Shown: in pieces, positions 1 to 10,938 of the stretch
Position numbering within the stretch: position 1 is the stretch's first letter
Layout of the letters: each line of letters opens with the position of its first letter
NCBI GenBank assembly: GCA_964626045.1
Contig: CAZVCA010000003.1
Span: forward strand, 1-57,413
From: an uncultured Halobacteriales archaeon
GTDB lineage: Archaea; Halobacteriota; Halobacteria; Halobacteriales; Halobacteriaceae
Reading direction: 5' to 3'
DNA: 57,413 bases
Translations under genes and position numbers: made by a program
Notes under the pieces: model-generated
Database searches by the model: none
Told to the model about the DNA's origin: nothing
What the model saw: only the letters and a program-made list of their open reading frames with translations

Positions 1-498
1 ATCGACGGGAACCGACTCTCGATGAGCCACCTTCCCCGTATTTCCGACGGCGAGGCGGCGACCCTCGAACTCGTGCAGTGGATCGGCGCCGAGGAGGTCC
101 ACGTCTACGACAGTGTCAGGATCGAGTACCGCCAGGTCGACGGGAAAACGGAGCTTCCAGGAGACACCCCAGCCGGTGATTCTGAGGCCAACGCGGGGAG
201 CGGTGAATCGTCCGGCCAGGAAGACGGGGCGGACGGCCAGGATGAGCAGCCACCCGACTCCGACCAGGCCGAATCTGCAGCCGAGGACAGCGGGGGCGGC
301 ATACTCGGTGGGCTGGTCGACGCGCTCACCGGCGGCGGGAACGAGGCTGCGGATACGGGCCAAGCGGGAACGACCACGACCGAGACCGGGGACGGGGACA
401 CACAGAAATCGACCACCACCGACTCCGCCGACGGCGAGGGTGGCTCGGACAAGGATGGCGGCATATTCTCCTTCTTCCGCGATCTCTTCGGGTTCTGA
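1..498 (+). CDS. C-terminal part of an acidic, low-complexity protein (5'-truncated by the window), probably surface or membrane associated
   Basis: Frame is open from base 1 (IDGNRLSM...). D/E/G/S/T-rich linker with two amphipathic motifs, GGILGGLVDALTGG and terminal GGIFSFFRDLFGF. Confidence 0.6.
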   Translation: MDGNRLSMSHLPRISDGEAATLELVQWIGAEEVHVYDSVRIEYRQVDGKTELPGDTPAGDSEANAGSGESSGQEDGADGQDEQPPDSDQAESAAEDSGGGILGGLVDALTGGGNEAADTGQAGTTTTETGDGDTQKSTTTDSADGEGGSDKDGGIFSFFRDLFGF

Positions 499-649
499 AA
501 GGTGTGTCGCCCGGTTTGAGATCCCTCGATCCGAATACGTAGCCTGGCTTTTTCGAATCAGCTGGTCCATGTTCCAAACCCGGGTGCCAGAGACATCCGA
601 CGCATACTTTTAGGGCGATACGAAGCTGATTGCAGGTGTGCTTCACGGG

Positions 650-1582
650 ATGGCCCCACTCGAGGATCGCGTCGACCCGATACTCGGGGTCGGGATCGCC
701 ATCACCGCTATCAGCACCAGTGCCATTTTCGTCCGCTGGAGCCAGGCGCCGAGTGTCGTGAAGGCGTTTTACCGGGTCTTTTTCATGACGATTGCCGTCG
801 CGCCCTTTGCCTACCGGGTTCGCGATGACCTGCGATCGATTTCCTCCCGGGATCTCGGCATCGCTGTGCTGACGGGAGTTGCACTTGCCCTGCATTTCGC
901 CAGTTTCTTCGAGAGTCTGGAGTGGACGTCGGTCGCCGCGTCGGTCACGCTGATCACGTTACAACCGATCTTCGTCGTGGTTGGGGCCTCGTTACTTCTC
1001 AGGGAGCAACTCAATGCGCGACTCCTCGGGGGAATGGGGCTTGCCATCGTCGGCGCATTCGGCATGTCGATCGGCCCGATTGTCGTCGATCCGCTGTTCG
1101 GCGGCGGCGACGTGAGCAGCGCTCTCGTCAGCGCGTTTGCTGGTGAATCCGCGCAACTCTACGGGAACGCGATCGCGCTCGCTGGGGCTGCCCTGGGTGG
1201 GGCCTACGTCCTCGCCGGGCGATCACTTCGCCAGCGTACCTCGCTTTTCGCCTACACGTTTATCGTGTATGGCATCTCGACGATCGCCCTCGGTGTTCTC
1301 GCCGTCACTGCCGGTGCACCGCTTCAGGGTTATCCGCCGATCGAATGGGTGCTCTTCCTCGCGATGGCCCTCATCCCCGGCATGTTCGGGCATACGGTGA
1401 TCAACTGGGCGTTACGGTACGTCAAATCGAGCGTGGTGAGCGTATCCTTTCTGGGTGAGCCGGTCGGGAGCACGATTCTCGCTCTCGTGTTGCTCGGTGA
1501 GGTTCCCGAGGCGGTGACGGTGGTGGCGGGGAGTGTCGTCCTCGTTGGCATTTTCTTTACCGCCCGGGCTCGACGGATGTAG
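650..1582 (+). CDS. DMT/EamA family transporter
   Basis: About 10 hydrophobic segments in two EamA repeats (ALHFASFFESLEWTSVA; GHTVINWAL...LGEPVGSTILA). ATG 650 preferred over GTG 638. Confidence 0.9.
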   Translation: MAPLEDRVDPILGVGIAITAISTSAIFVRWSQAPSVVKAFYRVFFMTIAVAPFAYRVRDDLRSISSRDLGIAVLTGVALALHFASFFESLEWTSVAASVTLITLQPIFVVVGASLLLREQLNARLLGGMGLAIVGAFGMSIGPIVVDPLFGGGDVSSALVSAFAGESAQLYGNAIALAGAALGGAYVLAGRSLRQRTSLFAYTFIVYGISTIALGVLAVTAGAPLQGYPPIEWVLFLAMALIPGMFGHTVINWALRYVKSSVVSVSFLGEPVGSTILALVLLGEVPEAVTVVAGSVVLVGIFFTARARRM

Positions 1583-1819
1583 CCCGGGAATGAGTGGTGG
1601 CTGCTTTTGTCGATTTTCGATTCGAGCGGGTCCTATCGATAGTGAGGCTGCGCGAAGCGGAAGTTGCCACGATACGCCCGAGGTTTGCGCTCACCGCGTT
1701 TCGAACGCCTTTATTGGGACAAATTCGGGCGAAACGGGCCTTGAATCGGGCCAAGACCGGGAAAATCGGCTGGACGGCTTCCCCCGTTCATATGGCCACA
1801 GGAGGAAGGGGGACTTGCA

Positions 1820-2074
1820 ATGGTCGAAGCAGACCTCATCACGATCGCACCGATCGCAAACGACGCCGCACACATGATCGCCCAGGCGGGTCCGCCTACC
1901 GGCCTCCCGTCCCAGGTTCCGGACTTCCTCACGGGGCTCCTCGATACGATCGGCAACGCGGCCGGCGAGGGCGGGCTCGGCGAACGGATCAGCGAACTGA
2001 CTCCGGGCGGTAGCGAGATGGCTGAGGGCGCTGGACGTGGTGCTGCAGGTGGCCTGGACAACCCTGCCAGGTAA
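1820..2074 (+). CDS. Small hypothetical protein (84 aa)
   Basis: Acidic haloarchaeal-like composition, GGAGG upstream at 1801, motif GPPTGLPSQVPDFLTGLLDTI. Confidence 0.55.
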   Translation: MVEADLITIAPIANDAAHMIAQAGPPTGLPSQVPDFLTGLLDTIGNAAGEGGLGERISELTPGGSEMAEGAGRGAAGGLDNPAR

Positions 2075-2161
2075 CGGCGGACCCGATTCGATTCGACTGA
2101 GTTGAGGGTCCTCCATCGTCTCTGGCATATCGATTTCGGCAGTGCTGTTCGTCGAACTGCG

Positions 2162-3472
2162 TCACATCTCCCGGGGTGATACCTTCAAATACTCCCGAAG
2201 GAAGACCGTCGCGTAACTCCCTTTCGGGAGTTCGAATTCGAAGGTGAGTGGATCAGATTCGATGGTCGGATCGACACGGACGAGGATCGCTCGGCGGGTT
2301 CCTGTCGAATGATAGGGCTCCGGAAGATCGAAATCCGCCGGCTCGATTCCCACGTCGTCGAGGACCGCTCGTTCGATCTCCCCCGGCTCACCGTCGGCCA
2401 ACGCCGTTTCGGTCCCCACCAGCGGTGCCGTGACGAAGGCCCGACCCCGCTCGGCATGCTTGGCCATGACTGCCGTCTGGCGCTCGCTCACTCGCTGGAT
2501 CCGGTCGACGTCCGGAATCGGGAACTCGGCCGGAGCGTCCTCGTCCGCAAAGGCGACGACGTCCCCCGCGACCGGCTCGTGAAACGGCAGGCCGGCCTCG
2601 AGCCGCCGGGACAGGATCCGGTTAAACACGACTGACTGGGCCGCGTTGACGAACAGTCGCTGGATGTTCTCGGGAAAGGTATCGAGGGCGGCTCGATAGG
2701 GCGATTCGGTCGTCTTCGCAAGTGCATGTAGCATCGCCCGCTCGTACCGCAGCCGGTCCGGAAACGCCTCGAGTGCGGCCTCCCAGTCCCGTGTCTCTTC
2801 GACGAGTTCCCGAGCCTCCCTCGAAGTCGTCGGTTCCTCGGGGGACGGATTGCCGAGATACGCCATGACGGCCGCTTCCCAATCTTCTCGAAGGATTTCC
2901 AGTCCAACCTCGTGGGTGATCGACCGATAACTGCCAAAGCGCTGATGGCCGAAGTAGTTCGGCACTCCCGGCCGCCCACCGAATCGCGCCGCGAGTTCGT
3001 CAGTAATCGGCTCCGTGTTATCTGACGCTTCGGGATCGCGAACGACGATTTCGAAGGCGTTGCCCAGCAGGTCGCCGAAGCCGAGGCCCCGGCCGGATCG
3101 CCCGATCACCTCGATCTCGGCACCAGGGACTGCCGGGACGCTCTCGGGATCGACCCCTTTGAGCGTAAACAGTTGTGTCGTGACTGCTCGTTTGTCTTTC
3201 GTCCCAGCCCACCCGACCCGCTCGCGACTCATGCCCAGTCGGTTCGATAGGTCCCGCGCGAAGTCGTTCGTGTCGACGTTCTCAAGGGTCACCCGACAGA
3301 CGAGCCAGGGGTAATCGCCCGAATCTCCATCGAGTGGCTGCACGTCGAATCGCTCGCGCTCGCGCACGCGAAAGTCCGCTGGCCGCGCTCGAAGGTGCCC
3401 ACCGATGCCGGCGGTCTCGCTCGCGTACCAGAAAACCCCGTAAGCGCGTTCGTCCTCGTGGGCCGATCGCAT
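2162..3472 (-). CDS. truD: tRNA pseudouridine(13) synthase TruD
   Basis: [19 protein letters not shown] (catalytic Asp), [31 protein letters not shown]. Start set at MRSAHE. Confidence 0.96.
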   Translation of the reverse strand: MRSAHEDERAYGVFWYASETAGIGGHLRARPADFRVRERERFDVQPLDGDSGDYPWLVCRVTLENVDTNDFARDLSNRLGMSRERVGWAGTKDKRAVTTQLFTLKGVDPESVPAVPGAEIEVIGRSGRGLGFGDLLGNAFEIVVRDPEASDNTEPITDELAARFGGRPGVPNYFGHQRFGSYRSITHEVGLEILREDWEAAVMAYLGNPSPEEPTTSREARELVEETRDWEAALEAFPDRLRYERAMLHALAKTTESPYRAALDTFPENIQRLFVNAAQSVVFNRILSRRLEAGLPFHEPVAGDVVAFADEDAPAEFPIPDVDRIQRVSERQTAVMAKHAERGRAFVTAPLVGTETALADGEPGEIERAVLDDVGIEPADFDLPEPYHSTGTRRAILVRVDPTIESDPLTFEFELPKGSYATVFLREYLKVSPREM

Positions 3473-3513
3473 CGCCGAACGTTCGCGTGCCGCGCTCAAA
3501 ACAGGCTCGTTTT

Positions 3514-3852
3514 TCAGTAAAGCGAGAGGTCCCCGGTGATCCGGTCGATGGCGTCGTCGCCGGCCGGCCCGACGCCGACGGTGGTGGGCGTGTCCGGATC
3601 GAGCTGGGTGCGGCCAGCATCACGGATCAATCCGGTTGGGAGGCCCGCCATTTTGGCCTTCTCCTGGATTTCGAAGAGGGCCCGCTCCCCGTTGATACCA
3701 AGGACGACCTTGCGCTGGCCGGATCGCTTCCAATCCCGCACGGTCGCGTCGTCCGCGTGTTCGACGGCTGAGAGGGCCGCATGCGCGACCTGGGCGGCGA
3801 GTTTCCCTGTGCCCATGTCCAGATCCGATCGAACGACGATGGCCTGTTTCAT
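3514..3852 (-). CDS. pth2: Peptidyl-tRNA hydrolase Pth2
   Basis: [45 protein letters not shown]. The real start lies inside the longer ORF 3514..4176. Confidence 0.96.
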   Translation of the reverse strand: MKQAIVVRSDLDMGTGKLAAQVAHAALSAVEHADDATVRDWKRSGQRKVVLGINGERALFEIQEKAKMAGLPTGLIRDAGRTQLDPDTPTTVGVGPAGDDAIDRITGDLSLY

Positions 3853-3907
3853 GCCGTGGGGCAGTAGCCCCGGGGTCTTAGTGGTGCCGTCCACCGGCGA
3901 GCGGGTA

Positions 3908-3915
3908 TTCTTAAG
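3908..3915 (+). promoter_or_regulatory. Probable TATA box of leaderless dcd transcript
   Basis: TTCTTAAG about 26-32 nt upstream of ATG 3940. Confidence 0.5.
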
Positions 3916-3939
3916 GCCCTCAGGGTCGGGGATACTGGC

Positions 3940-4539
3940 ATGATCCTCTCGGACCAAGACATCCGCGCCCGGCTGGAAGCCGGCGACCTCGTCATTGAAC
4001 CCTTGGACGATCCAGAATTGCAGATCCAACCGGCGAGTGTCGACGTCCGGCTCGGGAACGAGTTCCTCGAATTCAAACGGACCAACATCTCGAGCATTCA
4101 TCCCCAGCAAGAGGAACAGGCCGGGGAATACGTGACCGAGACGGTGATCGAGGGGGACGAGGAGTTCATTCTTCATCCGGGAGATTTCGTCCTCGGCTCG
4201 ACCAAAGAGCGGGTCGAAGTGCCACCCGATCTCGTCGCCCAGGTCGAAGGGCGATCATCGCTTGGCCGTATTGCCGTCGTCGTCCACGCAACTGCTGGTT
4301 TCGTCGACCCCGGTTTTCGCGGCCATATAACCCTCGAACTGTCGAATTTGGGGACGGCCCCGGTCGCGCTGTCCCCGGACATGCGCATCTCACAAATCGT
4401 GTTCACTGAACTGTCGAGTCCGGCTGAATCTCCCTACGGTGCAGAGCGTGGGTCCAAGTATCAGGACCAGATGGGGCCCGCGGCCTCTCGAATCGGGGAC
4501 GACGCGGAGTTCGGCGGGGCGTCGGGTGAGGAACCGTGA
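3940..4539 (+). CDS. dcd: dCTP deaminase
   Basis: [49 protein letters not shown]. Confidence 0.96.
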   Translation: MILSDQDIRARLEAGDLVIEPLDDPELQIQPASVDVRLGNEFLEFKRTNISSIHPQQEEQAGEYVTETVIEGDEEFILHPGDFVLGSTKERVEVPPDLVAQVEGRSSLGRIAVVVHATAGFVDPGFRGHITLELSNLGTAPVALSPDMRISQIVFTELSSPAESPYGAERGSKYQDQMGPAASRIGDDAEFGGASGEEP

Positions 4540-5450
4540 AGTTCCGCTCGGAGGTCGTCGTCGAAGCGGTCCTGCCGACCGTCAGGTCGATGCTCGCGAG
4601 TGAACTCCGCGACCGGGGATTGACCCAGCGGGCCGTCGCCGAGCAACTCGGGCTGAGCCAGAGTGCAGTGTCGAAGTACGCACAGGGAGAGATCGCGACC
4701 CGCGAGGCCGTCGCCGAGGACGACCGGGTCCAGGAACTCGTCGCGGACCTCGCGCCGGGATTGGCGACGGGTGATGTGCGGCCAGTCCAGGCGCTCATCG
4801 AAATCGAACAGTTGCTCCAGCGACTGTCCGGGCCCGGGGACCTGCTCGCGACACTGCATGAAGAGGCCGTTCCCGCCCTCAAAACCCTCGACTACGATCT
4901 CACCGGCCCCGAACCGGCCCGCGGTGCGCTCGAACGGGAACGGGTTCGAGCCTCGGTCCGTCGCGGCTTACGAACGCTCAAACACACCTCAGGGTTCGCC
5001 ACCCTGATCCCCCACGTCGGCTCGAACCTGGTCGAGGCGACGGCGGATGCCACGGCCATCGAGGACGTCGCGGGGGTCCCGGGCCGCGTTCTCGACGTCC
5101 GCGGGCGGGTAGAAGTCCCGGACGATCCCGCGTTCGGCGTGAGCGAGTACGTCGGCGGCGTGTTGCTTGCCGCTCGAGCGGCCGGGAGTGAGAGCCGCGC
5201 CGGCCTCAATCTCGCGTACACCGAAACGACACTCGATCGGCTTGGCACACAGGGGGAAACGGTGGCTGAACTGGACATCGAAGCGCAGAATCTCGAGGTA
5301 GCCGTCGAGGAAACCATTTCGGAGAACCCGGAAGCGACCGTGCTCTATCATCGCGGGGCAGTCGGCGTCGAACCGATCATCTACCTGCTCGGCCCGGATG
5401 CCGTCGCGGTCGCCAGGACGGCTCGTGAGGCTGTTCGAGGGGAGGGATAA
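4536..5450 (+). CDS. thiR: ThiR-type regulator (N-terminal HTH plus ThiN thiamine-phosphate-synthase-like domain)
   Basis: [24 protein letters not shown]; ThiN-like [36 protein letters not shown] overlap with dcd stop. Confidence 0.8.
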   Translation: MKFRSEVVVEAVLPTVRSMLASELRDRGLTQRAVAEQLGLSQSAVSKYAQGEIATREAVAEDDRVQELVADLAPGLATGDVRPVQALIEIEQLLQRLSGPGDLLATLHEEAVPALKTLDYDLTGPEPARGALERERVRASVRRGLRTLKHTSGFATLIPHVGSNLVEATADATAIEDVAGVPGRVLDVRGRVEVPDDPAFGVSEYVGGVLLAARAAGSESRAGLNLAYTETTLDRLGTQGETVAELDIEAQNLEVAVEETISENPEATVLYHRGAVGVEPIIYLLGPDAVAVARTAREAVRGEG

Positions 5451-5471
5451 GGGACCGACGCTCAGAAGGCT

Positions 5472-6227
5472 TCAGGGTGCGCCGAAATTGGATCGGAGCC
5501 GTTTTTCGGCCGCGGCGAGAGCCGCCTCGGCCTCGAATTCATCGCGGACTGTCTCGAGGGAGTCGTGGTCCCCAGCAGTGAGCGATCTCGCGTGCTCGGT
5601 GATGGTCGGTATCGCGCGGATGATGTTGTCAACAATCGGGATCGTCGCGACCTGTGCCGATCGGGAAAGTGGGTTCAGGTCGATCACGATCTCCGTTTTC
5701 CCCATGGCCGAAAGCGCTTCCGCTCTATCCCCGTCCTCGAGTGGCACAAGCACCACGTCCGCGGCGTAGATGCCGTCAGCGTCCACTTTTGCCCGTTCGT
5801 GGGACAGCCCTGGAATCCGAGCGTCAGCCGCCAGTCCTTTGATGGCTCCTGCTCCATGGGATTCTAGGTGGGCTTCGATGCGGGCCATCCGTTTCTCGGT
5901 CCGGTTGAAGAGGTTGATCTCGATAGCGGCGTCGACGGTCTCGGCAAGCGTGATTATTTCGTCGGGCACGAGTGCAGCGACGTTGCCGTTGACGCTGAGG
6001 ACCGGATCTTCGGCCAGCAGCAGTGTTGCCGCCGCTGCGCGAGCAGCCTCCTCGGCACTCGGAATCGTCTCCTCGCCGAGCAGGTAATCGAAGGCTTCGC
6101 CGCGGCCCTGGGCGATCAACCCCTGTTGGCTCGTGATCCCCGTTTCGACACCGGCTTCGATCCGGTGTCTGGTCACGAGCGAATCGTGCCGGGGATGGTC
6201 CGGCGGAACGTCGGCGTCCGCAGTCAT
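5472..6227 (-). CDS. pps: 4-phosphopantoate--beta-alanine ligase (phosphopantothenate synthetase)
   Basis: HPRHDSL, GLIAQGRGEAFDYLLGE, SVNGN, VPLEDGDR, IDLNPLSRS; adjacent to pantoate kinase. Confidence 0.95.
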   Translation of the reverse strand: MTADADVPPDHPRHDSLVTRHRIEAGVETGITSQQGLIAQGRGEAFDYLLGEETIPSAEEAARAAAATLLLAEDPVLSVNGNVAALVPDEIITLAETVDAAIEINLFNRTEKRMARIEAHLESHGAGAIKGLAADARIPGLSHERAKVDADGIYAADVVLVPLEDGDRAEALSAMGKTEIVIDLNPLSRSAQVATIPIVDNIIRAIPTITEHARSLTAGDHDSLETVRDEFEAEAALAAAEKRLRSNFGAP

Positions 6228-6262
6228 ACCTCGCCGTAAATCAGCCGCCGGGAAAAGCTTCG

Positions 6263-7093
6263 CTACTCGAGGCTGGCCCCACAGGGATCGATCGCGGCGA
6301 CCTGGGGGTCATACCCCGCGTCGCTCAGATCGTGATCGAAGGCGAAGACGGTTTCACCCAACATCGCCATCGCCGCCTGCCCGCCGTTCGCCTCGACGGT
6401 TTCCAGTATCGTCCTGACAGATTCAGTCGCGAGGCCGACGTCCGCTGTGAACTCCTGGGCGGCCTCCAGGAACCGATCCCGCGTGGGATCAGCCAACAGC
6501 GTTTCGAGGGCCTGGTTTCCGGCCCTGGTGATTTCGGCCGGTCGTTCGTTCAATACGGTGGGCGTCGATAGCTCTCCGCGTGTCAGGTACTCGACGCGGG
6601 CAGTTGTTTCAATCCCATCGAGTCGACCATGTGGTGGGGCGCCGGCTTCGAGCCGCAACACGAGCCCCCCGCGGGCCTGGGCCACCACGTCCCCCAGGCC
6701 GGTTCCTGCCTCGACGTCGGCGACGTGGGCGACCCTGATCAGGTCGGTTGTCGTCTGCCCCAAGTCAAACACCGCATTCGCCCCGAACGCGGTACCCAAT
6801 CCCATTCCACCGGAGAGGCCGAAGCCGGTGCCAATAGGCAGGTCCGTTTCGATCTCGACGCGAGCCGTCACCCCCAAGTCCTCGAGCACTCGCTGGACAG
6901 ATCCGACGGTGGTCGGTTCGCCGTCGACCAGCACCTTTCGCTCGTCGTTCGGTCGGACGGTGACAGTGACTCCATCTGTCATCGTGAAACCGGCGCCCCG
7001 TGAGCCGGTCCTGACGGGATCGTCCGTCTGGTGGACCGCAAACAGACCGGTGACGTGCCCCGGAACGACCGCGCGGGCGACGGGCTCGGGCAT
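6263..7093 (-). CDS. pok: Pantoate kinase (GHMP family)
   Basis: PGHVTGLF, GSRGAG, GHMP motif LPIGTGFGLSG, GTGLGDV, MAMLGETVF. Confidence 0.93.
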   Translation of the reverse strand: MPEPVARAVVPGHVTGLFAVHQTDDPVRTGSRGAGFTMTDGVTVTVRPNDERKVLVDGEPTTVGSVQRVLEDLGVTARVEIETDLPIGTGFGLSGGMGLGTAFGANAVFDLGQTTTDLIRVAHVADVEAGTGLGDVVAQARGGLVLRLEAGAPPHGRLDGIETTARVEYLTRGELSTPTVLNERPAEITRAGNQALETLLADPTRDRFLEAAQEFTADVGLATESVRTILETVEANGGQAAMAMLGETVFAFDHDLSDAGYDPQVAAIDPCGASLE

Positions 7094-7096
7094 GGC

Positions 7097-8401
7097 CTAC
7101 GGCGAGAGGCGTGTGCGATCCCGCGGGAAGAGCACGGCCTCGCGGATGTTGTCGAGGTCGAGCATCGTAACCAGGAGCCGTTCGGCGCCCATCCCCCAGC
7201 CGGCATGCGGGGGCATGCCGTACTTGAACATCTTCGTGTAATATTCGAAGGCAGCGGGGTCGAGGCCCTGGGCCTCGAAGCCCTCGACGAGTTCCTCGTA
7301 GCGGTGTTCGCGCTGGCCGCCCGAGACCAGTTCCATCCGTGGGTGGTTCAGGTCGAACCCGGTCGAGACGTCGGGCTCGCCATCGACGTCTTTGATGTAG
7401 AACGGTTTGACGTCCGAGGGCCAGTTGGTGATGAAGTAATGCTCGCCGATCTCCTCGCCCAGGGCCTTCTCGGCCTCCGTCGGGAGGTCATCTCCCCAGG
7501 TCAGCTGCTCGTCGACGACGCCGGTCGCGTTGGCCCGCTGGATCGCTTCCTCGTAGGTGATACGAGGGAAATCGTCGGTGGGGACCTCGAAGTCCTCGGC
7601 GAGCCCGAGGGTTTCGAGCTGCTCGGGACACCGATCCTCGACTGCCTGATAGACCGATCGGACGAAGGTTTCGGCCACGTCCATGGCCTCGTCGGCGTCG
7701 ATGAATGCGCTCTCGAAGTCGATACTGGTTGCCTCGTTGAGGTGACGGGGCGTGTTGTGTTCCTCGGCCCGGAAGATCGGCCCGATCTCGAATACGCGTT
7801 CGAGGCCCGAGGCAGCGAGGAGCTGTTTGAACAGCTGCGGGGACTGGTTCATGAACGCCTCGCGGCCGAAGTAGGTGATCGGGAACAGTTCCGTCCCCCC
7901 TTCGGTCCCAGTGGCGACGATTTTCGGCGTCGTAATCTCGGTCCCGCCGAGTTCCCGGAAGGTGTCCCGGGCGGCGTCGAGCACCACGCTGCGAATTTCG
8001 AAGATCGCCCGCGTCTCCTCGCGACGGAGGTCAAGGGTGCGGTTGTCCAGCCGCGTCGAGAGTTCGGCCCCGACTTTGCCGGACGGATCGAGGGGGAGTT
8101 CGGGGTCGGCTTCGGCGACGATTTCGAGGGTCTCCGGGACGATTTCCACGCCCGTGGGTGCTCGGTCCTCCTCGAACACGTCGCCGGTGACCTGGAGAAC
8201 ACTCTCTCGATGGACGGAGAGGCCCCGCTCGACGAGTTCGTCAGGCAATTCGTCTTTTTCGAATTTTACTTGAATCCGGCCCGTTCGATCCCGAAGAATG
8301 AGGAAGGCGATCCCGCCGAGGTCACGGATCTCGTGAACCCAGCCGGCGATCGTCGCGGTTTCGCCGGGTTCGGCGTCTGCTGCATGTGTCCGGTCTCGCA
8401 T
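7097..8401 (-). CDS. aspS: Aspartate--tRNA(Asp/Asn) ligase, archaeal type, probably non-discriminating
   Basis: OB fold [19 protein letters not shown], motif 2 [14 protein letters not shown], motif 3 [13 protein letters not shown]; short anticodon loop APTGVE. Confidence 0.97.
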   Translation of the reverse strand: MRDRTHAADAEPGETATIAGWVHEIRDLGGIAFLILRDRTGRIQVKFEKDELPDELVERGLSVHRESVLQVTGDVFEEDRAPTGVEIVPETLEIVAEADPELPLDPSGKVGAELSTRLDNRTLDLRREETRAIFEIRSVVLDAARDTFRELGGTEITTPKIVATGTEGGTELFPITYFGREAFMNQSPQLFKQLLAASGLERVFEIGPIFRAEEHNTPRHLNEATSIDFESAFIDADEAMDVAETFVRSVYQAVEDRCPEQLETLGLAEDFEVPTDDFPRITYEEAIQRANATGVVDEQLTWGDDLPTEAEKALGEEIGEHYFITNWPSDVKPFYIKDVDGEPDVSTGFDLNHPRMELVSGGQREHRYEELVEGFEAQGLDPAAFEYYTKMFKYGMPPHAGWGMGAERLLVTMLDLDNIREAVLFPRDRTRLSP

Positions 8402-8425
8402 GGAAACATCTAAACCCCGGACCGC

Positions 8426-8432
8426 TTTTAAA
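8426..8432 (-). promoter_or_regulatory. Probable TATA box for aspS-pok-pps
   Basis: TTTAAAA on the minus strand 25-31 nt upstream of aspS ATG 8401. Confidence 0.55.
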
Positions 8433-8452
8433 CGCCCGTATTTCCACCGGGC

Positions 8453-9154
8453 TCACTCTGTGTCTTTGGCGCCCCGAACCGTCTCTTCGACGGCCTCGAC
8501 ACCCTCCTCGTGGACCAGGTCCCCGACCACGACGACGTCTGCAACGTTGCCCATCTGGTTTGCCGACTCGTAGTCGTGGATCCCGCCACCGTAGAAAAGT
8601 GTGGCCTCGTCCAGGGCCTCGGTCCCGGCTTTGACGATCTCCGGATCGCCCAACATGCCGGAGTACTCCAGGTAGACGATTTCCTGGCCGAAGAGCCGTT
8701 CGGCGATCGAGGCGTACGCGGCGACCTCCTCGGCGTCGAGGTCGCAGTTGGCTTCCGTGTATTCGGCGACCGACGCCTCGGGGTTGAGCACGACGTAGGC
8801 TTCGGTGTGGGTGCGCTCCCATTCGACGTCGTCGATCCGGGCCCATTCTTTGTGTGCGCCCGTGATCCAGAACGGGTCGCCAGCGTTGAAGACCGTCGGA
8901 ATGAGATAGCCGTCCAGGCCCGGATCCTCGATGACGACCCCGGGGTTCGACGGCTCCTGGTAGAGGGCAACGTCGTACTCCCGGCAGGCACTGACGACCC
9001 GTTCCATCTTCTCCTCGGTCATCCCGGTCGTTCCGCCGATTTCGATGGCGTCGGTCCCGCTCGTGCAGACGTCTTCGAACGTGTCATCGCCGGCGAGTTC
9101 CTTGTCGGGATCGACTTTGAGAACGTGATCCCACTGCGTCCACGGCCCAGTCAT
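8453..9154 (-). CDS. pcrB: Phosphoglycerol geranylgeranyltransferase (PcrB/group I GGGP synthase family)
   Basis: [42 protein letters not shown]. Start set at MTGPW. Confidence 0.9.
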   Translation of the reverse strand: MTGPWTQWDHVLKVDPDKELAGDDTFEDVCTSGTDAIEIGGTTGMTEEKMERVVSACREYDVALYQEPSNPGVVIEDPGLDGYLIPTVFNAGDPFWITGAHKEWARIDDVEWERTHTEAYVVLNPEASVAEYTEANCDLDAEEVAAYASIAERLFGQEIVYLEYSGMLGDPEIVKAGTEALDEATLFYGGGIHDYESANQMGNVADVVVVGDLVHEEGVEAVEETVRGAKDTE

Positions 9155-9211
9155 GGGTAATCGGTCAGTGGGATCGGCTAAAACGGCTTCGCTTCGGTCC
9201 ACGCAGGGGGT

Positions 9212-10171
9212 TCAGTGGTGAATCCCCATCGCCTCGATCTGCTCCTGATACCGGTTCCGGATGGTGACCTCAGTCACCTGAGCGACGTCGGCAACCTCCC
9301 GTTGGGTCTTTTTCTCGTTACACAAAAGCGAGGCCGCGTAGATCGCTGCCGCTGCGTAGCCAGTGGGCGATTTTCCCGAAAGCAGGCCCTTCTCCGCGGT
9401 CGTCTCGATGATCTCGTTGGCTTTGGACTGGACTTCCTCGGAGAGTTCGAGTTCGGAGCAAAAGCGAGGGACGTACTTCTTCGGATCGACTGGTTTCATC
9501 TCGAGGCCGAGTTCCTGAGAGATATAGCGGTAGGTTCGGCCGATTTCCTTGCGTTCGACCCGCGATACCTCCGAAATCTCTTCGAGACTGCGGGGGATGC
9601 CTTCCTTGCGACAGGAGGCGTAGAGTGCTGAGGTCGCCACCCCTTCGATCGATCGGCCACGGATGAGATCCTCCTTGAGCGCCCGCCGATAGATCACGGA
9701 GGCCACTTCGCGGACCGATCGGGGCACGCCCAGCGCACTCGCCATGCGGTCGATCTCCGAGAGGGCAAACTGGAGGTTTCGTTCCCCGGCGTCTTTCGTC
9801 CGGATCCGTTCCTGCCACTTCCGCAGCCGATGCATCTGGCTGCGCTTTTTCGAAGAGATAGACCGCCCGTAAGCGTCCTTGTCCTTCCAGTCGATCGTGG
9901 TCGTCAGCCCCTTATCGTGCATCGTCTGGGTGGTCGGGGCCCCCACGCGGGACTTTTCCTGGCGCTCCTGGTGATTGAACGCGCGCCACTCCGGTCCGGG
10001 GTCGATCTTTTCCTCCTCAAGAACGAGCCCACACTCGTTGCAGACGAGTTCACCCCTATCGGAGCTTTTAACCAGGTCCTCGGAGCCACATTCCGGACAC
10101 TCCCGGACGCTTTCGTCTGACTCCTCGGTCTCGGCCGCTTGTTTTTCCCGCTGGCGGGTGGACCGTGTCAT
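9212..10171 (-). CDS. tfb: Transcription initiation factor IIB (paralog 1, tfbG-like position)
   Basis: Zn ribbon CPECG...CNECG, GPEWRAF, two cyclin repeats, terminal EVTIRNRY. Confidence 0.97.
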   Translation of the reverse strand: MTRSTRQREKQAAETEESDESVRECPECGSEDLVKSSDRGELVCNECGLVLEEEKIDPGPEWRAFNHQERQEKSRVGAPTTQTMHDKGLTTTIDWKDKDAYGRSISSKKRSQMHRLRKWQERIRTKDAGERNLQFALSEIDRMASALGVPRSVREVASVIYRRALKEDLIRGRSIEGVATSALYASCRKEGIPRSLEEISEVSRVERKEIGRTYRYISQELGLEMKPVDPKKYVPRFCSELELSEEVQSKANEIIETTAEKGLLSGKSPTGYAAAAIYAASLLCNEKKTQREVADVAQVTEVTIRNRYQEQIEAMGIHH

Positions 10172-10197
10172 CGCATTTATATACTAGTATCCTGGAG

Positions 10198-10206
10198 TAA
10201 TTTAAA
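10198..10206 (-). promoter_or_regulatory. TATA box of tfb paralog 1
   Basis: TTTAAATTA on the minus strand 27-35 nt upstream of ATG 10171, in an AT-rich intergenic tract. Confidence 0.55.
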
Positions 10207-10344
10207 CTCGTTGCATTTAATAGCACCTTTCGTGAACGACAGAATGGTGTATACCGACCCTATAACCGCCGCCAGGCGGTGATTATCCGGGCCTATGAGG
10301 ATTCTTTCGGGGGGTACTTGAACGTCCCCCTCGGACAGTCATGT

Positions 10345-10938
10345 ATGCCGGTGGTGGAATGTGATGTCGAGAGTGCCCGAGCGGTGCTGAAGGAGGCAGG
10401 GGCGACGATCGAGCCGGGAAAGACCGACCACGAGCGCTATCACGCGGAGCTGGGTGAGGCCCATGCGATCGCCTACGAGGACCAACTCGTGGTCCAGGGC
10501 AAGCAGCCCGTCGATATCACCTCCGTCCTCGCGGACGGCGGTGGTCGCGTCCACCTCTATTTCGACGGCGCGTGCAGGGGCAACCCGGGGCCGGCCGCGA
10601 TCGGATGGGTGCTCGTGGACGGCGACGGGATCGTCGAGGAGGGCGGCGAGACGATCGGCCGCGCGACGAACAATCAGGCCGAATACGAGGCCCTGATACG
10701 GGGTCTCGAGGTCGCGACCGCGTACGGGTACGACGAACTCGAAATCCGCGGGGACTCCCAACTCATCGTGAAACAGGTTCGCGGGGAGTGGGACACGAAC
10801 GACCCAACCCTCCGAGAGCATCGCGTGCGCGTTCACGAATTGCTCACGGATGTCGAGACCTATTCGATCACCCACGTGCCCCGCGAGACGAACGACCGGG
10901 CCGATCAGCTCGCAAACGACGCGCTCGACGATGCCTGA
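10345..10938 (+). CDS. rnhA: Ribonuclease HI with haloarchaeal N-terminal extension domain
   Basis: YFDGACRGNPGPA, TNNQAEYEAL, RGDSQLIV, HVPRETNDRADQLAN. Start at MPVVEC. Confidence 0.95.
   Translation: MPVVECDVESARAVLKEAGATIEPGKTDHERYHAELGEAHAIAYEDQLVVQGKQPVDITSVLADGGGRVHLYFDGACRGNPGPAAIGWVLVDGDGIVEEGGETIGRATNNQAEYEALIRGLEVATAYGYDELEIRGDSQLIVKQVRGEWDTNDPTLREHRVRVHELLTDVETYSITHVPRETNDRADQLANDALDDA

Noticed and set aside
1583-1819. Intergenic region as a possible ncRNA or tRNA
   Set aside because: No cloverleaf, SRP or RNase P hallmark recognisable by eye; only weak GC pairing. An Infernal/Rfam scan would settle it.
3853-4176. N-terminal extension of the pth2 ORF to 220 aa
   Set aside because: Overlaps the divergent dcd gene; Pth2 homology starts at MKQAIV (3852).
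7031-8413. 460-aa plus-strand ORF opposite aspS (likewise 34361-35701, 44876-46252, 53726-55690, 15217-16947, 21747-23783)
   Set aside because: Antisense shadows of well-supported genes. High GC and biased codon use suppress stops on the opposite strand, and the translations have no recognisable motifs.
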